This document shows, one piece after another, positions 10,053 to 19,425 of a DNA stretch of 64,000 nt. Source of the stretch: an uncultured Chloroflexia bacterium (GTDB taxonomy: Bacteria > Chloroflexota > Limnocylindria > Limnocylindrales > CSP1-4); the NCBI GenBank assembly GCA_963766735.1, contig CAVYBU010000030.1, positions 1 through 64,000 of the forward strand. Reading direction: 5' to 3'. The position numbers were made by a program, and so were the translations under genes. The notes below the pieces were generated by a model. That model was not told where the DNA came from. It did no database searches and was given only the letters and a program-made list of their open reading frames with translations. Positions within the stretch are counted from its first letter, which is position 1; the number at the start of each line of letters is the position of its first letter.

Positions 10053-11249
10053 ATGACCGCACCCCTGACGGCGCCCGACATCGGCGCCGCCGACCGGGCG
10101 CCTGATCCCGCCCTGCGTGCCGGGCTCGTTGCCGGGGGCGCCTACGCGCTGATCGGGTGGCGGGGGCTGCTCGTCCCGTCCCTGATCCTGTTTGTGGAGC
10201 CCGCCTTCGGCCAGACCGACGCCGGGCTGGGCGCCTATTTCCTCGCGACCGCGCTCGCCTACGCCGTGGGCTCGCTGTTCGGCGGGCGGCTCATCCGCGC
10301 CCGGGGCGCTCGGGTGATCCTGCCGTCGGCGGCCTTGCTGATGGCGGCAGGCCTGCTCACCCAGGCGTTCACCGGAACGTGGCCCGTGTTCGTGCTGGCC
10401 GGGATCGTCGTGAGCGTCGGGGCGTCCACGGCGGATGTCGGCATCAACGCCCTGGTGCTGGACCTCTTCCCGAGCGCCAGGGGTCGCGCCCTCAACCTCC
10501 TGCACGTCGCGTACGGGGCCGGCGCACTCACGGCGCCGCTGCTCGTTGCATTCCTGGTCGGGGCGGGCGTGCCGTGGCCGTGGCTCATGGTGGGGAGCGG
10601 CGTCGCCGCGCTGATCGCGTCGGCCGCGCTCGCCCTGACCATGCCCGCAGCCCCGGTGAGGATCGAGCCGGTGCGCGACCGCGAGAGCGGCGATACCGGA
10701 ACAAGGCGGCTCCCCCGGTTCCTGCTGGTCATGGCAGTCGCGACGGGCTGCTACGTGGCCGCGGAGGCCGGGGTCTCGGACTGGCTCGTGCGGTATCTCC
10801 ACACCCTGCCGCTCACCCTGGCGAGCACGGCCCTCACCCTGTTCTGGGGCGGGATCGCCGTGGGGCGGCTCGTGTTCGCGCGCATCGGGAACCGGCTGGA
10901 ACCGCAGGCGACCGCGTCGGTCCTGGCGATCGCGGGCGCCGTCCTCCTCGCGCTGGCCGTCCTGGTGCCCGTCTCGCCCGTATCGCCGGTGCTCTTCGGC
11001 GCGGTGGGGCTCGCCTTCGGTCCGATCTTCCCCCTCATCGTGGCGGGGGCCGCGGGGCGGATGCCGGGCCGCTCCGCGACGGTGACCAGCACGCTGATCT
11101 TCGCGGCCGTCGTGGGTGCCGTGATCTACCCGCCGGCGATCGGGTTCATGTCGGTGACCGTCGGCCTGCAGGTGGCGATGGGCGGCGCCGCGGTCCTTGC
11201 CTTTGCCTGCGGCATCGCCGTATGGACGGCACGACGGGTGGGGGCGTAG
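10053..11249 (+). CDS. MFS transporter
   Basis: About 12 TM helices; NLLHVAYGAGALTAP, YVAAEAGVSDW and GPIFP motifs typical of fucose-permease-like MFS. Confidence 0.88.
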   Translation: MTAPLTAPDIGAADRAPDPALRAGLVAGGAYALIGWRGLLVPSLILFVEPAFGQTDAGLGAYFLATALAYAVGSLFGGRLIRARGARVILPSAALLMAAGLLTQAFTGTWPVFVLAGIVVSVGASTADVGINALVLDLFPSARGRALNLLHVAYGAGALTAPLLVAFLVGAGVPWPWLMVGSGVAALIASAALALTMPAAPVRIEPVRDRESGDTGTRRLPRFLLVMAVATGCYVAAEAGVSDWLVRYLHTLPLTLASTALTLFWGGIAVGRLVFARIGNRLEPQATASVLAIAGAVLLALAVLVPVSPVSPVLFGAVGLAFGPIFPLIVAGAAGRMPGRSATVTSTLIFAAVVGAVIYPPAIGFMSVTVGLQVAMGGAAVLAFACGIAVWTARRVGA

Positions 11250-11407
11250 GGCCACCCGGCCGGCCAGTCGCCGTCCTTCGCGCGACGGGTGTCGCACATC
11301 TGCCGGAACGAGGGCGTGGCGACGGAACGCGCCGGCGCTTCCCCGGGCCGGCCCGCGAATCCCGGGGCCTCCCAGAGGCGAAAGCGGGGCATCCGAGGAC
11401 CCTCGGC

Positions 11408-11413
11408 TAGAAT
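11408..11413 (+). promoter_or_regulatory. -10 element TAGAAT of a probable leaderless lysC promoter
   Basis: TAGAAT lies 7 nt before ATG 11421 and there is no Shine-Dalgarno. Confidence 0.6.
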
Positions 11414-11420
11414 GGCCGCC

Positions 11421-12782
11421 ATGTCCCATCCCCTCGTCGTCATGAAGTTCGGCGGCTCCTCCGTGGCCGGCGCGGAGCGCATCAAGCGTGTCGCGCGGCG
11501 GATCGCCCGTGAGCGCGCGAACGGGTCGGAGCTTGTGGTCATCGTCTCGGCGATGGGCGACACGACGGACGAGCTCCTGGCCCTGGCCGCCGCGATCACG
11601 GACGACCCGGATCCGCGTGAGCTGGACGTTCTCCTCTCAACCGGGGAGCACCAGAGCGCGACCCTCCTCTCGATGGCGCTGCACGCCCTCGGCACGCCGG
11701 CGATCAGCCTCACGGGCCCGCAGGCCGGCATCACGACGGACGGCCGGTATGGCAAGGCACGCATCGCGGGAATCGATCCTCGCCGCGTGCGCGCGGAGCT
11801 GGCCGCGGGCAAGGTCGTCATCGTGGCGGGCTTCCAGGGCATGAGCGTCGCCGCCCTCGCCGGCTTCGAGGACACGCCGGACGGCAGCGACGTCCACGCC
11901 GCCGAGATGACCACCCTCGGCCGCGGCGGGTCCGACACGTCGGCGGTGGCGCTCGCGGCCCAGCTGACCGCTGACCGCTGCCAGATCTTCACCGACGTCA
12001 CCGGCATCTACTCCGCCGATCCCCGCATCGTGCCCGATGCCCGCCAGCTCGCGGTCATCGGCTACGAGGAGATGATGGAGCTCGCCCACCAGGGCGCCCA
12101 GGTGATGCAGGTTCGCGCCGTCGAGCTCGGCTGGGTCAACGACGTCGTCATCGAGGTCCTCAGCTCGTTTGAGGACGCGCCCGGCACGCAGATCAGGGAG
12201 GACCCGCTCGTGGAGCAGCGGAACAAGGTCCGGGGGATCGCCCACGACCGGAACGTGGCCAAGGTCACGCTGGTCGAGGTGCCCGACATGCCGGGCGTCG
12301 CGAACGCCGTGTTCGGGCCGCTCGCCGAGGCAGGCATCAACGTGGACATGATCGTCCAGAACGTGGGTCACGGCGCCGCCACCGACCTCTCGTTCACCAT
12401 CCCGCGGGTCGAGCTGGCCAAGGCCAAGCGGATCCTCGAGCCCCTCGTCCGCGAGCTCGGGTTCCGGGAGCTGACGACGGACTCGTCGGTCGCCAAGGTG
12501 TCGATCGTCGGCGCGGGCATCCACAACGCCCCGGGCTACGCCGCCCGCATGTTCGGCACCCTCGCGGAGGCCGACATCAACATCGAGATGATCAGCACCT
12601 CCGAGATCCGGATCACGACGATCATCGCGGAAGACCGTGTTGAGGACGCCGTCCGCGCGCTGCATGCCCAGTTCGCGCTCGAGGCACCCGAGGCAGGCGA
12701 GGCACCCGAGGCTGCTCGGGCGGCCGCGGCCGCCGACTCGCCCGACGCACCTGAGGCCGCCGGGGCGGCCGCCGCCGGCTGA
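11421..12782 (+). CDS. lysC: Aspartate kinase with two ACT domains
   Basis: VMKFGGSSV, SAMGDTTD, TTLGRGGSDTSA, TDVTGIYSADPR, ISTSEI. Confidence 0.97.
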   Translation: MSHPLVVMKFGGSSVAGAERIKRVARRIARERANGSELVVIVSAMGDTTDELLALAAAITDDPDPRELDVLLSTGEHQSATLLSMALHALGTPAISLTGPQAGITTDGRYGKARIAGIDPRRVRAELAAGKVVIVAGFQGMSVAALAGFEDTPDGSDVHAAEMTTLGRGGSDTSAVALAAQLTADRCQIFTDVTGIYSADPRIVPDARQLAVIGYEEMMELAHQGAQVMQVRAVELGWVNDVVIEVLSSFEDAPGTQIREDPLVEQRNKVRGIAHDRNVAKVTLVEVPDMPGVANAVFGPLAEAGINVDMIVQNVGHGAATDLSFTIPRVELAKAKRILEPLVRELGFRELTTDSSVAKVSIVGAGIHNAPGYAARMFGTLAEADINIEMISTSEIRITTIIAEDRVEDAVRALHAQFALEAPEAGEAPEAARAAAAADSPDAPEAAGAAAAG

Positions 12783-12789
12783 CGGGCCG

Positions 12790-13713
12790 GTGCGAGGAGC
12801 TGCTCCCACGTCAGGCATCTGCCGCCGCGTCGAACGGTTCGAGCGCGCCGGTTCCACCAACGACATCGTCCGTGGCTGGCTCGCCGCGGGCGAGCCGGAG
12901 GTGTGCGTCGCCGTTGCCGGTGAGCAGACTGAAGGCCGCGGTCGACTGGGCCGGACCTGGACCGCGCCCGCCGGGGCCGCCCTGCTGGCCTCCCTCGGCT
13001 TCCGGCCGACCTGGCTGGCAGCCACGCGCACCTGGCGGCTCGCCGCGACGGTTGCCCTGGCGATGGCCGATGCGGCCGAGGACCTCGCCGGACTCCCCGT
13101 GGGGGCGATCCGCAGCAAGTGGCCGAATGACCTGGTGATCGAGACGACAGGCCCCAACGCACTGTTGACCGGCGTGGCCGACGCAGCGGATGCCGCCGCC
13201 CGCCTGGCGGCGCCGATTGAGCTGCGCAAGGTGGCTGGCGTGCTGGGGGAGAGCGACGGGCTGGGTACCGATGACCCGCGGGTGGTGGTGGGGATCGGGA
13301 TCAACGCCGACTGGGCCGCGGCCGACTTCCCGCCGGACCTTGCGCCAGCGATGACCAGCCTGCGCGAGGCCTCGGCGGGCCGCCCGATCGATCGCGAAGC
13401 CCTGCTCGACGCGTTCCTGGATCGCCTCGAGGGGCGGGTTGCAGCGCTCCACGCCGGGTACTTCGACCTGGACGGATGGGCCGGTCGCCAGTCTGTCACC
13501 GGGCGCCTCGTGACACTCGAGGGCACGGGCGATGCGGTGTTGTCGGGCGAGGGAACCGGGGGTCGGACGGCCGCCGTTGGGCCCGTCCGCGCGCTCGGCG
13601 TGGATGCCGGGACCGGTGGCCTTGTCGTGGAGGACGCCGCAGCCCCCTCGGGCGAGCGCCTCGTCCACGCCGGCGAGGTCGTCCGCGTCCGTCTTGCGCC
13701 GGGCCAGGTGTAA
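12790..13713 (+). CDS. birA: Biotin--[acetyl-CoA carboxylase] ligase lacking the N-terminal HTH
   Basis: GSTND, QTEGRGRLGRTW, KWPND, KVAGVL, VVGIGIN, VHAGEV. Confidence 0.92.
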   Translation: MRGAAPTSGICRRVERFERAGSTNDIVRGWLAAGEPEVCVAVAGEQTEGRGRLGRTWTAPAGAALLASLGFRPTWLAATRTWRLAATVALAMADAAEDLAGLPVGAIRSKWPNDLVIETTGPNALLTGVADAADAAARLAAPIELRKVAGVLGESDGLGTDDPRVVVGIGINADWAAADFPPDLAPAMTSLREASAGRPIDREALLDAFLDRLEGRVAALHAGYFDLDGWAGRQSVTGRLVTLEGTGDAVLSGEGTGGRTAAVGPVRALGVDAGTGGLVVEDAAAPSGERLVHAGEVVRVRLAPGQV

Positions 13714-13717
13714 CGCC

Positions 13718-14389
13718 GTGGCGAGAGCGGTGTTTGGTAGACGCGAGCAGGGGACCGGGTCGGTCGTCGCGTTCGACCGTGATCGCTCCCTCGTGGAATC
13801 GGCTCGCCGGGATCCTGCCCAGTTCGACGCCCTGTACCGGAAGTACCTCGCCCAGGTGTACGCCTACGCTCTCTACGAGCTCGCAGACCATCACGCCGCG
13901 GAGGACGCGACGGAGCGGACGTTCCTGCGCGCCCTGGCCGCGCTGCCGCGCTTCCGTGAGCAGGCGCGCCCGGAGGACGGCCCCGAGGCCTCGACGTTCC
14001 GCGTCTGGCTGTTCCGGATCGCGCGCAACGTGGTGGCCAACGAGCGCCGGTCGCGCCGGCGCCGCCCGGCCGCGTCCCTGGACGTGGCGCTGGGTGCCGG
14101 GCTGGCGATCGCGGACGGCACCGACCTCGAGGCGGACGCGGTGACCCGGGACGAGGCCGCTGAGGCGCTGCGGGCCCTCCGGACACTCCCCGACGACCGA
14201 CGGCGGGCCCTGGTGCTGCGTTTCGTGGACGAGATGAGCACGGCTGAGATCGCCGGGGTGCTGGGCCGATCCGAGGGAGCCGTGCGCGTCCTCATCCACA
14301 GGGCGCTGGGCAGCGTCGCCCGCGAGCTCGGGCGGGACCGCGGGTCGGGGCGGGACCGCGGGTCGGGCAGCCAGCGAGGTCACGGATGA
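13718..14389 (+). CDS. ECF-type RNA polymerase sigma factor
   Basis: FDALYRKY, AEDAT..TFLRA, FRVWLFRIARN (region 2); MSTAEIAGVLGRSEGAVRVLIHRA (region 4). Confidence 0.92.
   Translation: MARAVFGRREQGTGSVVAFDRDRSLVESARRDPAQFDALYRKYLAQVYAYALYELADHHAAEDATERTFLRALAALPRFREQARPEDGPEASTFRVWLFRIARNVVANERRSRRRRPAASLDVALGAGLAIADGTDLEADAVTRDEAAEALRALRTLPDDRRRALVLRFVDEMSTAEIAGVLGRSEGAVRVLIHRALGSVARELGRDRGSGRDRGSGSQRGHG
14330..14365 (+). repeat. 18-bp tandem repeat x2 (GRDRGS) in the sigma-factor tail
   Basis: gggcgggaccgcgggtcg occurs twice in tandem. Confidence 0.8.
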
Positions 14390-14991
14390 GCGCGTCGGTC
14401 CTGCCCACCCGTGATGGCGATGGTCCCGATGCCCTGGTGACGGACCGCTACCTGGAGGCGCTCCTGGCTTCGGGAGACCGTCGGGCTGTCGATTCTCCCG
14501 CTGACGCGGATCTGGATCCGCACGTCCGGTCCGCGGCCCTCGTCCTGCGCCGCTCGATGGTCCGCGTCCATCCGTCGTTCCGCTTCGAGGAGCGCCTGGC
14601 CGAGCGGATCGCCGGCATGGCCACGCGGGTGCGACCCGCCGCCGGGACCGTCCTGACCTTCCCGGGCCCCGCCGCTGCCGGGAGCCCCGCCGCAGCCGGG
14701 AGCCTCGCCGGATCGGCACGGGATCCGCTGCTCGATGCCATCCTCAGCGGCGACCTCGACCCGTCCGACGCCGGCGCCGTGGCCCGGGCCGATGGCACGC
14801 CCGGCCCGCACCGCCCGCTCATCGTGGGTGGGGCGATCACGTCCGCCGCGATCTCGATCGTCGGCGTTGCGTGGGTCGCGTGGCGTGCGTCGCATCCCGC
14901 CGAGGGGGCCACGTCGCGGTTCGCCCGGGCGGCCCGTTCACGCCGGGGCGCGGTGGTAGCGCTGCCCCGCGGCCTGGGAGGGCCAGCCTGA
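14386..14991 (+). CDS. Putative membrane anti-sigma factor
   Basis: ATGA overlap with the ECF gene; PSFRFEERL motif; one TM helix near the C-terminus. Confidence 0.6.
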   Translation: MSASVLPTRDGDGPDALVTDRYLEALLASGDRRAVDSPADADLDPHVRSAALVLRRSMVRVHPSFRFEERLAERIAGMATRVRPAAGTVLTFPGPAAAGSPAAAGSLAGSARDPLLDAILSGDLDPSDAGAVARADGTPGPHRPLIVGGAITSAAISIVGVAWVAWRASHPAEGATSRFARAARSRRGAVVALPRGLGGPA

Positions 14992-15842
14992 TGCCGATGA
15001 AGTTCCCCTCGTTCCGGACGCAACGCGAGGCGTTTCCGGAGAAGCTGTGGACGCGCTGCCCCTCCTGCGAGGAGCAGCTGTTCAACAAGCAGCTCGAGAG
15101 GTCGATGAACGTGTGCCCGTCCTGCGGGCACCACTTCCGCCTGTCCGCGCCCGTCCGCCTCGGCCAGCTCCTGGACGAGGACACGTTCGAGGAGCGCGAT
15201 GCCGGCCTCATCTCGCAGGACCCGCTGGAGTTCGTGGACCAGAAGGCGTATCCGGACCGCGTCGCCGCCGCCCAGCTGGCCACCGGCCTCCGGGACGCCG
15301 CCGTGTGGGGCTTCGCGCAGATCGAGGGCGTGAGGGTCGCCATCCTGGTCATGGACTTCGGGTTCATGGGCGGGTCGATGGGTGCCGTGGTCGGTGAGAA
15401 GGTCGCCCGGGCGGCCGAGGGAGCGCTGGCGGAGGGTGTGCCGCTCGTCATCGTCTCCGCCTCCGGTGGTGCCCGGATGCAGGAGGGGACGCTCGCCCTG
15501 ATGCAGCTCGCCAAGACGATGGCCGCCCTCGAGCGCCTGCGTGCTGCGAGCGTGCCCTACGTGTCCGTGATGTCCGACCCGACGACCGGCGGTGTCTTCG
15601 CCTCCTATGCGGTGATGGGTGACATCAACCTCGCGGAGCCCAATGCCCTGATCGGGTTTGCCGGGGCTCGCGTGGGCGCTGGAACCATAGGCCAGGAGCT
15701 GCCGCCGGGCTTCCAGCGCACCGAGTTCCTGTTCCGCCACGGGTTCGTGGACCGCGTGGTCGCACGTCCCGACCTCCGTCGGGAGCTGGCCCAGATCCTG
15801 CGTTTCCTCGCGCCCGAGCAGCGGGAGGCCGCCCGTGGTTGA
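14991..15842 (+). CDS. accD: Acetyl-CoA carboxylase carboxyltransferase beta subunit
   Basis: LWTRCPSC...VCPSC zinc finger, FMGGSMG, SGGARMQEG, PTTGGV, IGFAGARV. Confidence 0.97.
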   Translation: MPMKFPSFRTQREAFPEKLWTRCPSCEEQLFNKQLERSMNVCPSCGHHFRLSAPVRLGQLLDEDTFEERDAGLISQDPLEFVDQKAYPDRVAAAQLATGLRDAAVWGFAQIEGVRVAILVMDFGFMGGSMGAVVGEKVARAAEGALAEGVPLVIVSASGGARMQEGTLALMQLAKTMAALERLRAASVPYVSVMSDPTTGGVFASYAVMGDINLAEPNALIGFAGARVGAGTIGQELPPGFQRTEFLFRHGFVDRVVARPDLRRELAQILRFLAPEQREAARG

Positions 15843-16863
15843 CCGGATCCTCGGCCGCGGCCGTGACGACAAGGATCGCAAGGAGGAAACGTCCGCGCCG
15901 CTCACCCCGGCGGACGCCAAGGCAGCCGTCTGGAACCGGGTCCAACTGGCCCGCAACCTGCGTCGCCCCCGCATCCTGGAGCTGCTGGCGGTCATCGCCG
16001 ACGAGTTCGTGGAGCTCCACGGGGATCGCCTGTTCGGCGACGATGAGGCGGTCGTGGCCGGCTTCGCCCGGATCGATGGCCACCGCGTGGCGGTGATCGG
16101 CCAGCAGAAGGGCGCCGACACGGAGGAGAACGTCCGCCGCAACTTCGGCATGCCCCACCCCGAGGGGTACCGCAAGGCGATGCGGATCATGGAGCTCGCG
16201 GAGCGTTGCGGCCTGCCGGTTGTGACGTTCGTGGATGTCCCCGGCGCACACCCCGGCTCCGAGTCGGAAGAGCGCGGCATCGCGGAGGCCATCGCCCGCT
16301 CGGTTGGCCTGATGACCCGCCTCCGCACCCCGATCGTGACCGTGATCACCGGCGAGGGCGGCTCAGGCGGCGCGCTCGCCATCGCCGTCGGTGACGTTGT
16401 GCTCGCGCTCGAGAACGCGGTCTACTCCGTCATCTCACCTGAGGGCTGTGCGAGCATCCTGTGGCGGACCACGGACGAGGCCGCCGCCGCTGCCCTCGCG
16501 ATGAAGATGACCGCCGCCGACCAGCAGGCCCTGGGTGTCGTCGACCAGATCATCGCCGAGCCGGCCGGCGGGGCCCACACGGATCCCGACGAGACGGGGC
16601 GGCGCCTCAAGGCCGCGATCCTGCGCGAGCTGGACCGCCTGGCAGGGGTCCCGATCGACGCGCTGGTCGAGCTGCGCTATCACCGGTACCGTTCGCTTGG
16701 CGCGTACACCGAGCTTGCCGGCCCGGTGTCGACGCCGACCGTGCCGCCCCGAAGCGGGCTCGCGGACCGTCTGCGCGGTCTCTTCGAGGCGGGCCAGCGC
16801 GCCATGCCGGCGCCGCTCCAGGTGGGGCGTCGCGATGAACCACCCGCCCGCGAGGACGTCTAG
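15835..16863 (+). CDS. accA: Acetyl-CoA carboxylase carboxyltransferase alpha subunit
   Basis: ELHGDRLFGDD, NFGMPHPEGYRKA, GEGGSGGALA, YSVISPEG. Confidence 0.97.
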   Translation: MVDRILGRGRDDKDRKEETSAPLTPADAKAAVWNRVQLARNLRRPRILELLAVIADEFVELHGDRLFGDDEAVVAGFARIDGHRVAVIGQQKGADTEENVRRNFGMPHPEGYRKAMRIMELAERCGLPVVTFVDVPGAHPGSESEERGIAEAIARSVGLMTRLRTPIVTVITGEGGSGGALAIAVGDVVLALENAVYSVISPEGCASILWRTTDEAAAAALAMKMTAADQQALGVVDQIIAEPAGGAHTDPDETGRRLKAAILRELDRLAGVPIDALVELRYHRYRSLGAYTELAGPVSTPTVPPRSGLADRLRGLFEAGQRAMPAPLQVGRRDEPPAREDV

Positions 16864-16866
16864 CCG

Positions 16867-17445
16867 ATGCCCGAACCGCACCGCCCCGGCGATCGCACCG
16901 CCGCCCAGCGCGAGGCCGACCACGCCGGTCTCGCGCGCCTGTCGGAGACGCTCGTCCCTGCGCTTGTCGCGAAGCTGAACGCCAGCGGTCTGGGCGAGCT
17001 CGAGGTCCGCGAGGGCGACTGGCGGGTCCGTCTCAGGCGGCCCTCCGGCGCTGCGCCCGCGCGGCGAACCGACCGGGCCCGCGGCGGGAGTCACGGACCC
17101 ACGGCCGGACCGGTCAGCACCGCGGTGCCCGCCGGCGGTCAGCCATCCATCCAGCCAGCAGTCGAAGATGCGGCCGGCCCGGAGCGGGTCGCGGCCACCT
17201 CGCCTGCAGTCGGGTTGTTCAGGGCCGTCTCCACCGTCGGCGCGCAGGTCCGCGCGGGTGACCGGATCGCCATCGTGGACCTGCTGGGCATTCCGCAGGA
17301 TGTGGTGGCGCCCATCGACGGGATCGTTGTCGAGATCTTCGCCCAGGCCGGCGACGCCGTCGAATACGGCGAGGAGGTCATGCTGGTCGAGGCCGAGCCC
17401 GAGGAGCCCCTGACGAGCGACGCCGCAACGAGCGGGGAGGCCTGA
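16867..17445 (+). CDS. BCCP-like protein lacking the biotinylated lysine (pseudo-AccB)
   Basis: BCCP-type N-terminus (LNASGLGELEV), linker, biotinyl-fold motifs SPAVGLF, VGAQVRAGD, GDAVEYGE; DLLG (17278-17289) where EAMK is expected. Confidence 0.85.
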   Translation: MPEPHRPGDRTAAQREADHAGLARLSETLVPALVAKLNASGLGELEVREGDWRVRLRRPSGAAPARRTDRARGGSHGPTAGPVSTAVPAGGQPSIQPAVEDAAGPERVAATSPAVGLFRAVSTVGAQVRAGDRIAIVDLLGIPQDVVAPIDGIVVEIFAQAGDAVEYGEEVMLVEAEPEEPLTSDAATSGEA

Positions 17446-17447
17446 GC

Positions 17448-18818
17448 GTGGTCAGCCGGGTCCTCATCGCCAACCGCGGCGAGATCGCACTCCGTATCCT
17501 GCGCGCGTGCCGCACCCTCGGGATCGAGGCGGTGGTCGCGTACTCCGAGGCGGATCGCACCTCGCTGCCGGCGATGCTCGCCGACGAGGCCATCTGCATC
17601 GGTCCCGCGGATGCCCGCCGCTCGTACCTCTCGGCGCCCGCGATCATCTCCGCCGCCATGGTCACCGGCTGCGACTCCATTCACCCGGGCTACGGGTTCC
17701 TGTCCGAGGACGACGCCTTCGCGGATGCCGTGCGCGCCCATGACCTCACGTTCATCGGCCCGCCGCCGGACGTCCTGGAGCGTTTCGCCTCCAAGGAGCA
17801 GACCCGCCGCCTGCTCGCCGCGCACGGCCTGCCGACAATCCCCGGCTCGGGGCTCCTGCTCGACGAGGCGCAGGCTCTGGAGGAGGCGGAGCGCGTCGGC
17901 TACCCCGTCCTGGTCAAGCCCTCGGCGGGCGGCGGCGGCAAGGGCATGCGCATGGTCCGCTCCCCGCGAGAGCTGCTGGCCGTCCTGCCGGTCTGCCGCT
18001 CCGAAGCGAAGGCGGCGTTCGGCGACGACTCCCTCTACCTGGAGCGCTGGCTGGAGGACAACCGCCACGTCGAGATCCAGGTAGCCGTGGACCGGTTCGG
18101 CCACGGCGTTCACCTGTGGGAGCGGGATTGCAGCGTCCAGCGCCGCCACCAGAAGATCCTCGAGGAGTCCCCGTCCCCGGCCATGACCCCGGCCGGCCGC
18201 CGCGAGCTGGCGGAGCGGGCCATCAAGGCCGTGGTCGCCGCCGGGTACGAGAACGTGGGCACGCTGGAGTTCCTCGTGGACAACGACGGCAACGCCTACT
18301 TCATCGAGATCAACTGCCGGATCCAGGTCGAGCACCCGATCACGGAGATGCTCACCGGCATCGACATGGTCGCCACCCAGATCCGGATCGCGTCCGGGGA
18401 GCCGCTGGGGTTCAACCAGGCCGACATCCCGCAGGTCGGTCACGCGATCGAGTTCCGGATCAATGCGGAGGACCCGGCCCACGAGTTCCGGCCGGGCGCG
18501 GGCACCATCGAGCGGCTCCACGCCCCCGGTGGGCCGGGCGTCCGGTTCGACTCGCACGCCTACACGGGCTACGAGGTTCCGCCGTTCTACGACTCTCTGC
18601 TGGGCAAGCTCATCGTCTGGGGACCGACGCGCGAGGTGGCCATCGCCCGCGGCCGAGCCGCCCTCGCCGAGCTGGTCGTGGAGGGCGTTGTCACCAACAC
18701 GTCCATCCACCGTGCGCTGCTGAGCTCGGAGCCGTTCCTGGACGGCAAGTTCACCACCAACCTGCTGGACCGCATTGGCAGCGCGGCCTTCCTCGCCGCC
18801 GCGGAGCGGGCCGGATGA
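17448..18818 (+). CDS. accC: Biotin carboxylase
   Basis: VLIANRGEIA, HPGYGFLSE, GGGGKGM, RDCSVQRRHQK, RIQVEH, RINAEDP. Confidence 0.97.
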   Translation: MVSRVLIANRGEIALRILRACRTLGIEAVVAYSEADRTSLPAMLADEAICIGPADARRSYLSAPAIISAAMVTGCDSIHPGYGFLSEDDAFADAVRAHDLTFIGPPPDVLERFASKEQTRRLLAAHGLPTIPGSGLLLDEAQALEEAERVGYPVLVKPSAGGGGKGMRMVRSPRELLAVLPVCRSEAKAAFGDDSLYLERWLEDNRHVEIQVAVDRFGHGVHLWERDCSVQRRHQKILEESPSPAMTPAGRRELAERAIKAVVAAGYENVGTLEFLVDNDGNAYFIEINCRIQVEHPITEMLTGIDMVATQIRIASGEPLGFNQADIPQVGHAIEFRINAEDPAHEFRPGAGTIERLHAPGGPGVRFDSHAYTGYEVPPFYDSLLGKLIVWGPTREVAIARGRAALAELVVEGVVTNTSIHRALLSSEPFLDGKFTTNLLDRIGSAAFLAAAERAG

Positions 18819-18927
18819 CACAGGCCGCCGCCAGCCCCGCCCGCGCCGCTTGCACCCCTGCACGGACCGTCGCGTACGCACGACGCGCGTCGGTCCACAC
18901 TGCCGCAGAGCTAGACCGGAGTACCCC

Positions 18928-19425
18928 ATGACAGACGCCAATCCCGCCCCCGCGACCGATCCCACCGCCCAGGCAGGGACGGTGCACTCCGTGCGCGAGA
19001 TCGAGGGCCTGATCCCGCATCGCTGGCCATTCCTGCTCGTGGACCGGATCGTGGAGTACGACCCGGACGCCAGGCGGATCGTGGGCCTCAAGGCGGTCTC
19101 CGCCACGGAGTGGTTCTTTGCCGGCCACTTTCCGGGCCTGCCGGTGATGCCCGGCGTGCTCCAGGTTGAGGCGCTTGCGCAGACCATGGGCATCTACGTG
19201 GCCAAGCAGCCTGGCTTCGGGGATCGGATCGGGCTGTTCGCGGGGATCGATGAGGTCCGCTTCAAGCGGGTCGTGGTTCCCGGCGACGTCCTCCGCCTCG
19301 AGATCACGATGGAGAAGCTGGGCAGCCGGTTCGGCAAGGGCCGCGGCCTGGCCACCGTCAACGGCGAGACCGCCTGCGAGGGCCTGCTCTCGTTCGTCAT
19401 CCCGCCGGCCGGGGTGCTGCGGTGA
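18928..19425 (+). CDS. fabZ: 3-hydroxyacyl-ACP dehydratase
   Basis: IPHRWPFLLVDRI, GHFPGLPVMPGVLQVEALAQ. Confidence 0.96.
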   Translation: MTDANPAPATDPTAQAGTVHSVREIEGLIPHRWPFLLVDRIVEYDPDARRIVGLKAVSATEWFFAGHFPGLPVMPGVLQVEALAQTMGIYVAKQPGFGDRIGLFAGIDEVRFKRVVVPGDVLRLEITMEKLGSRFGKGRGLATVNGETACEGLLSFVIPPAGVLR

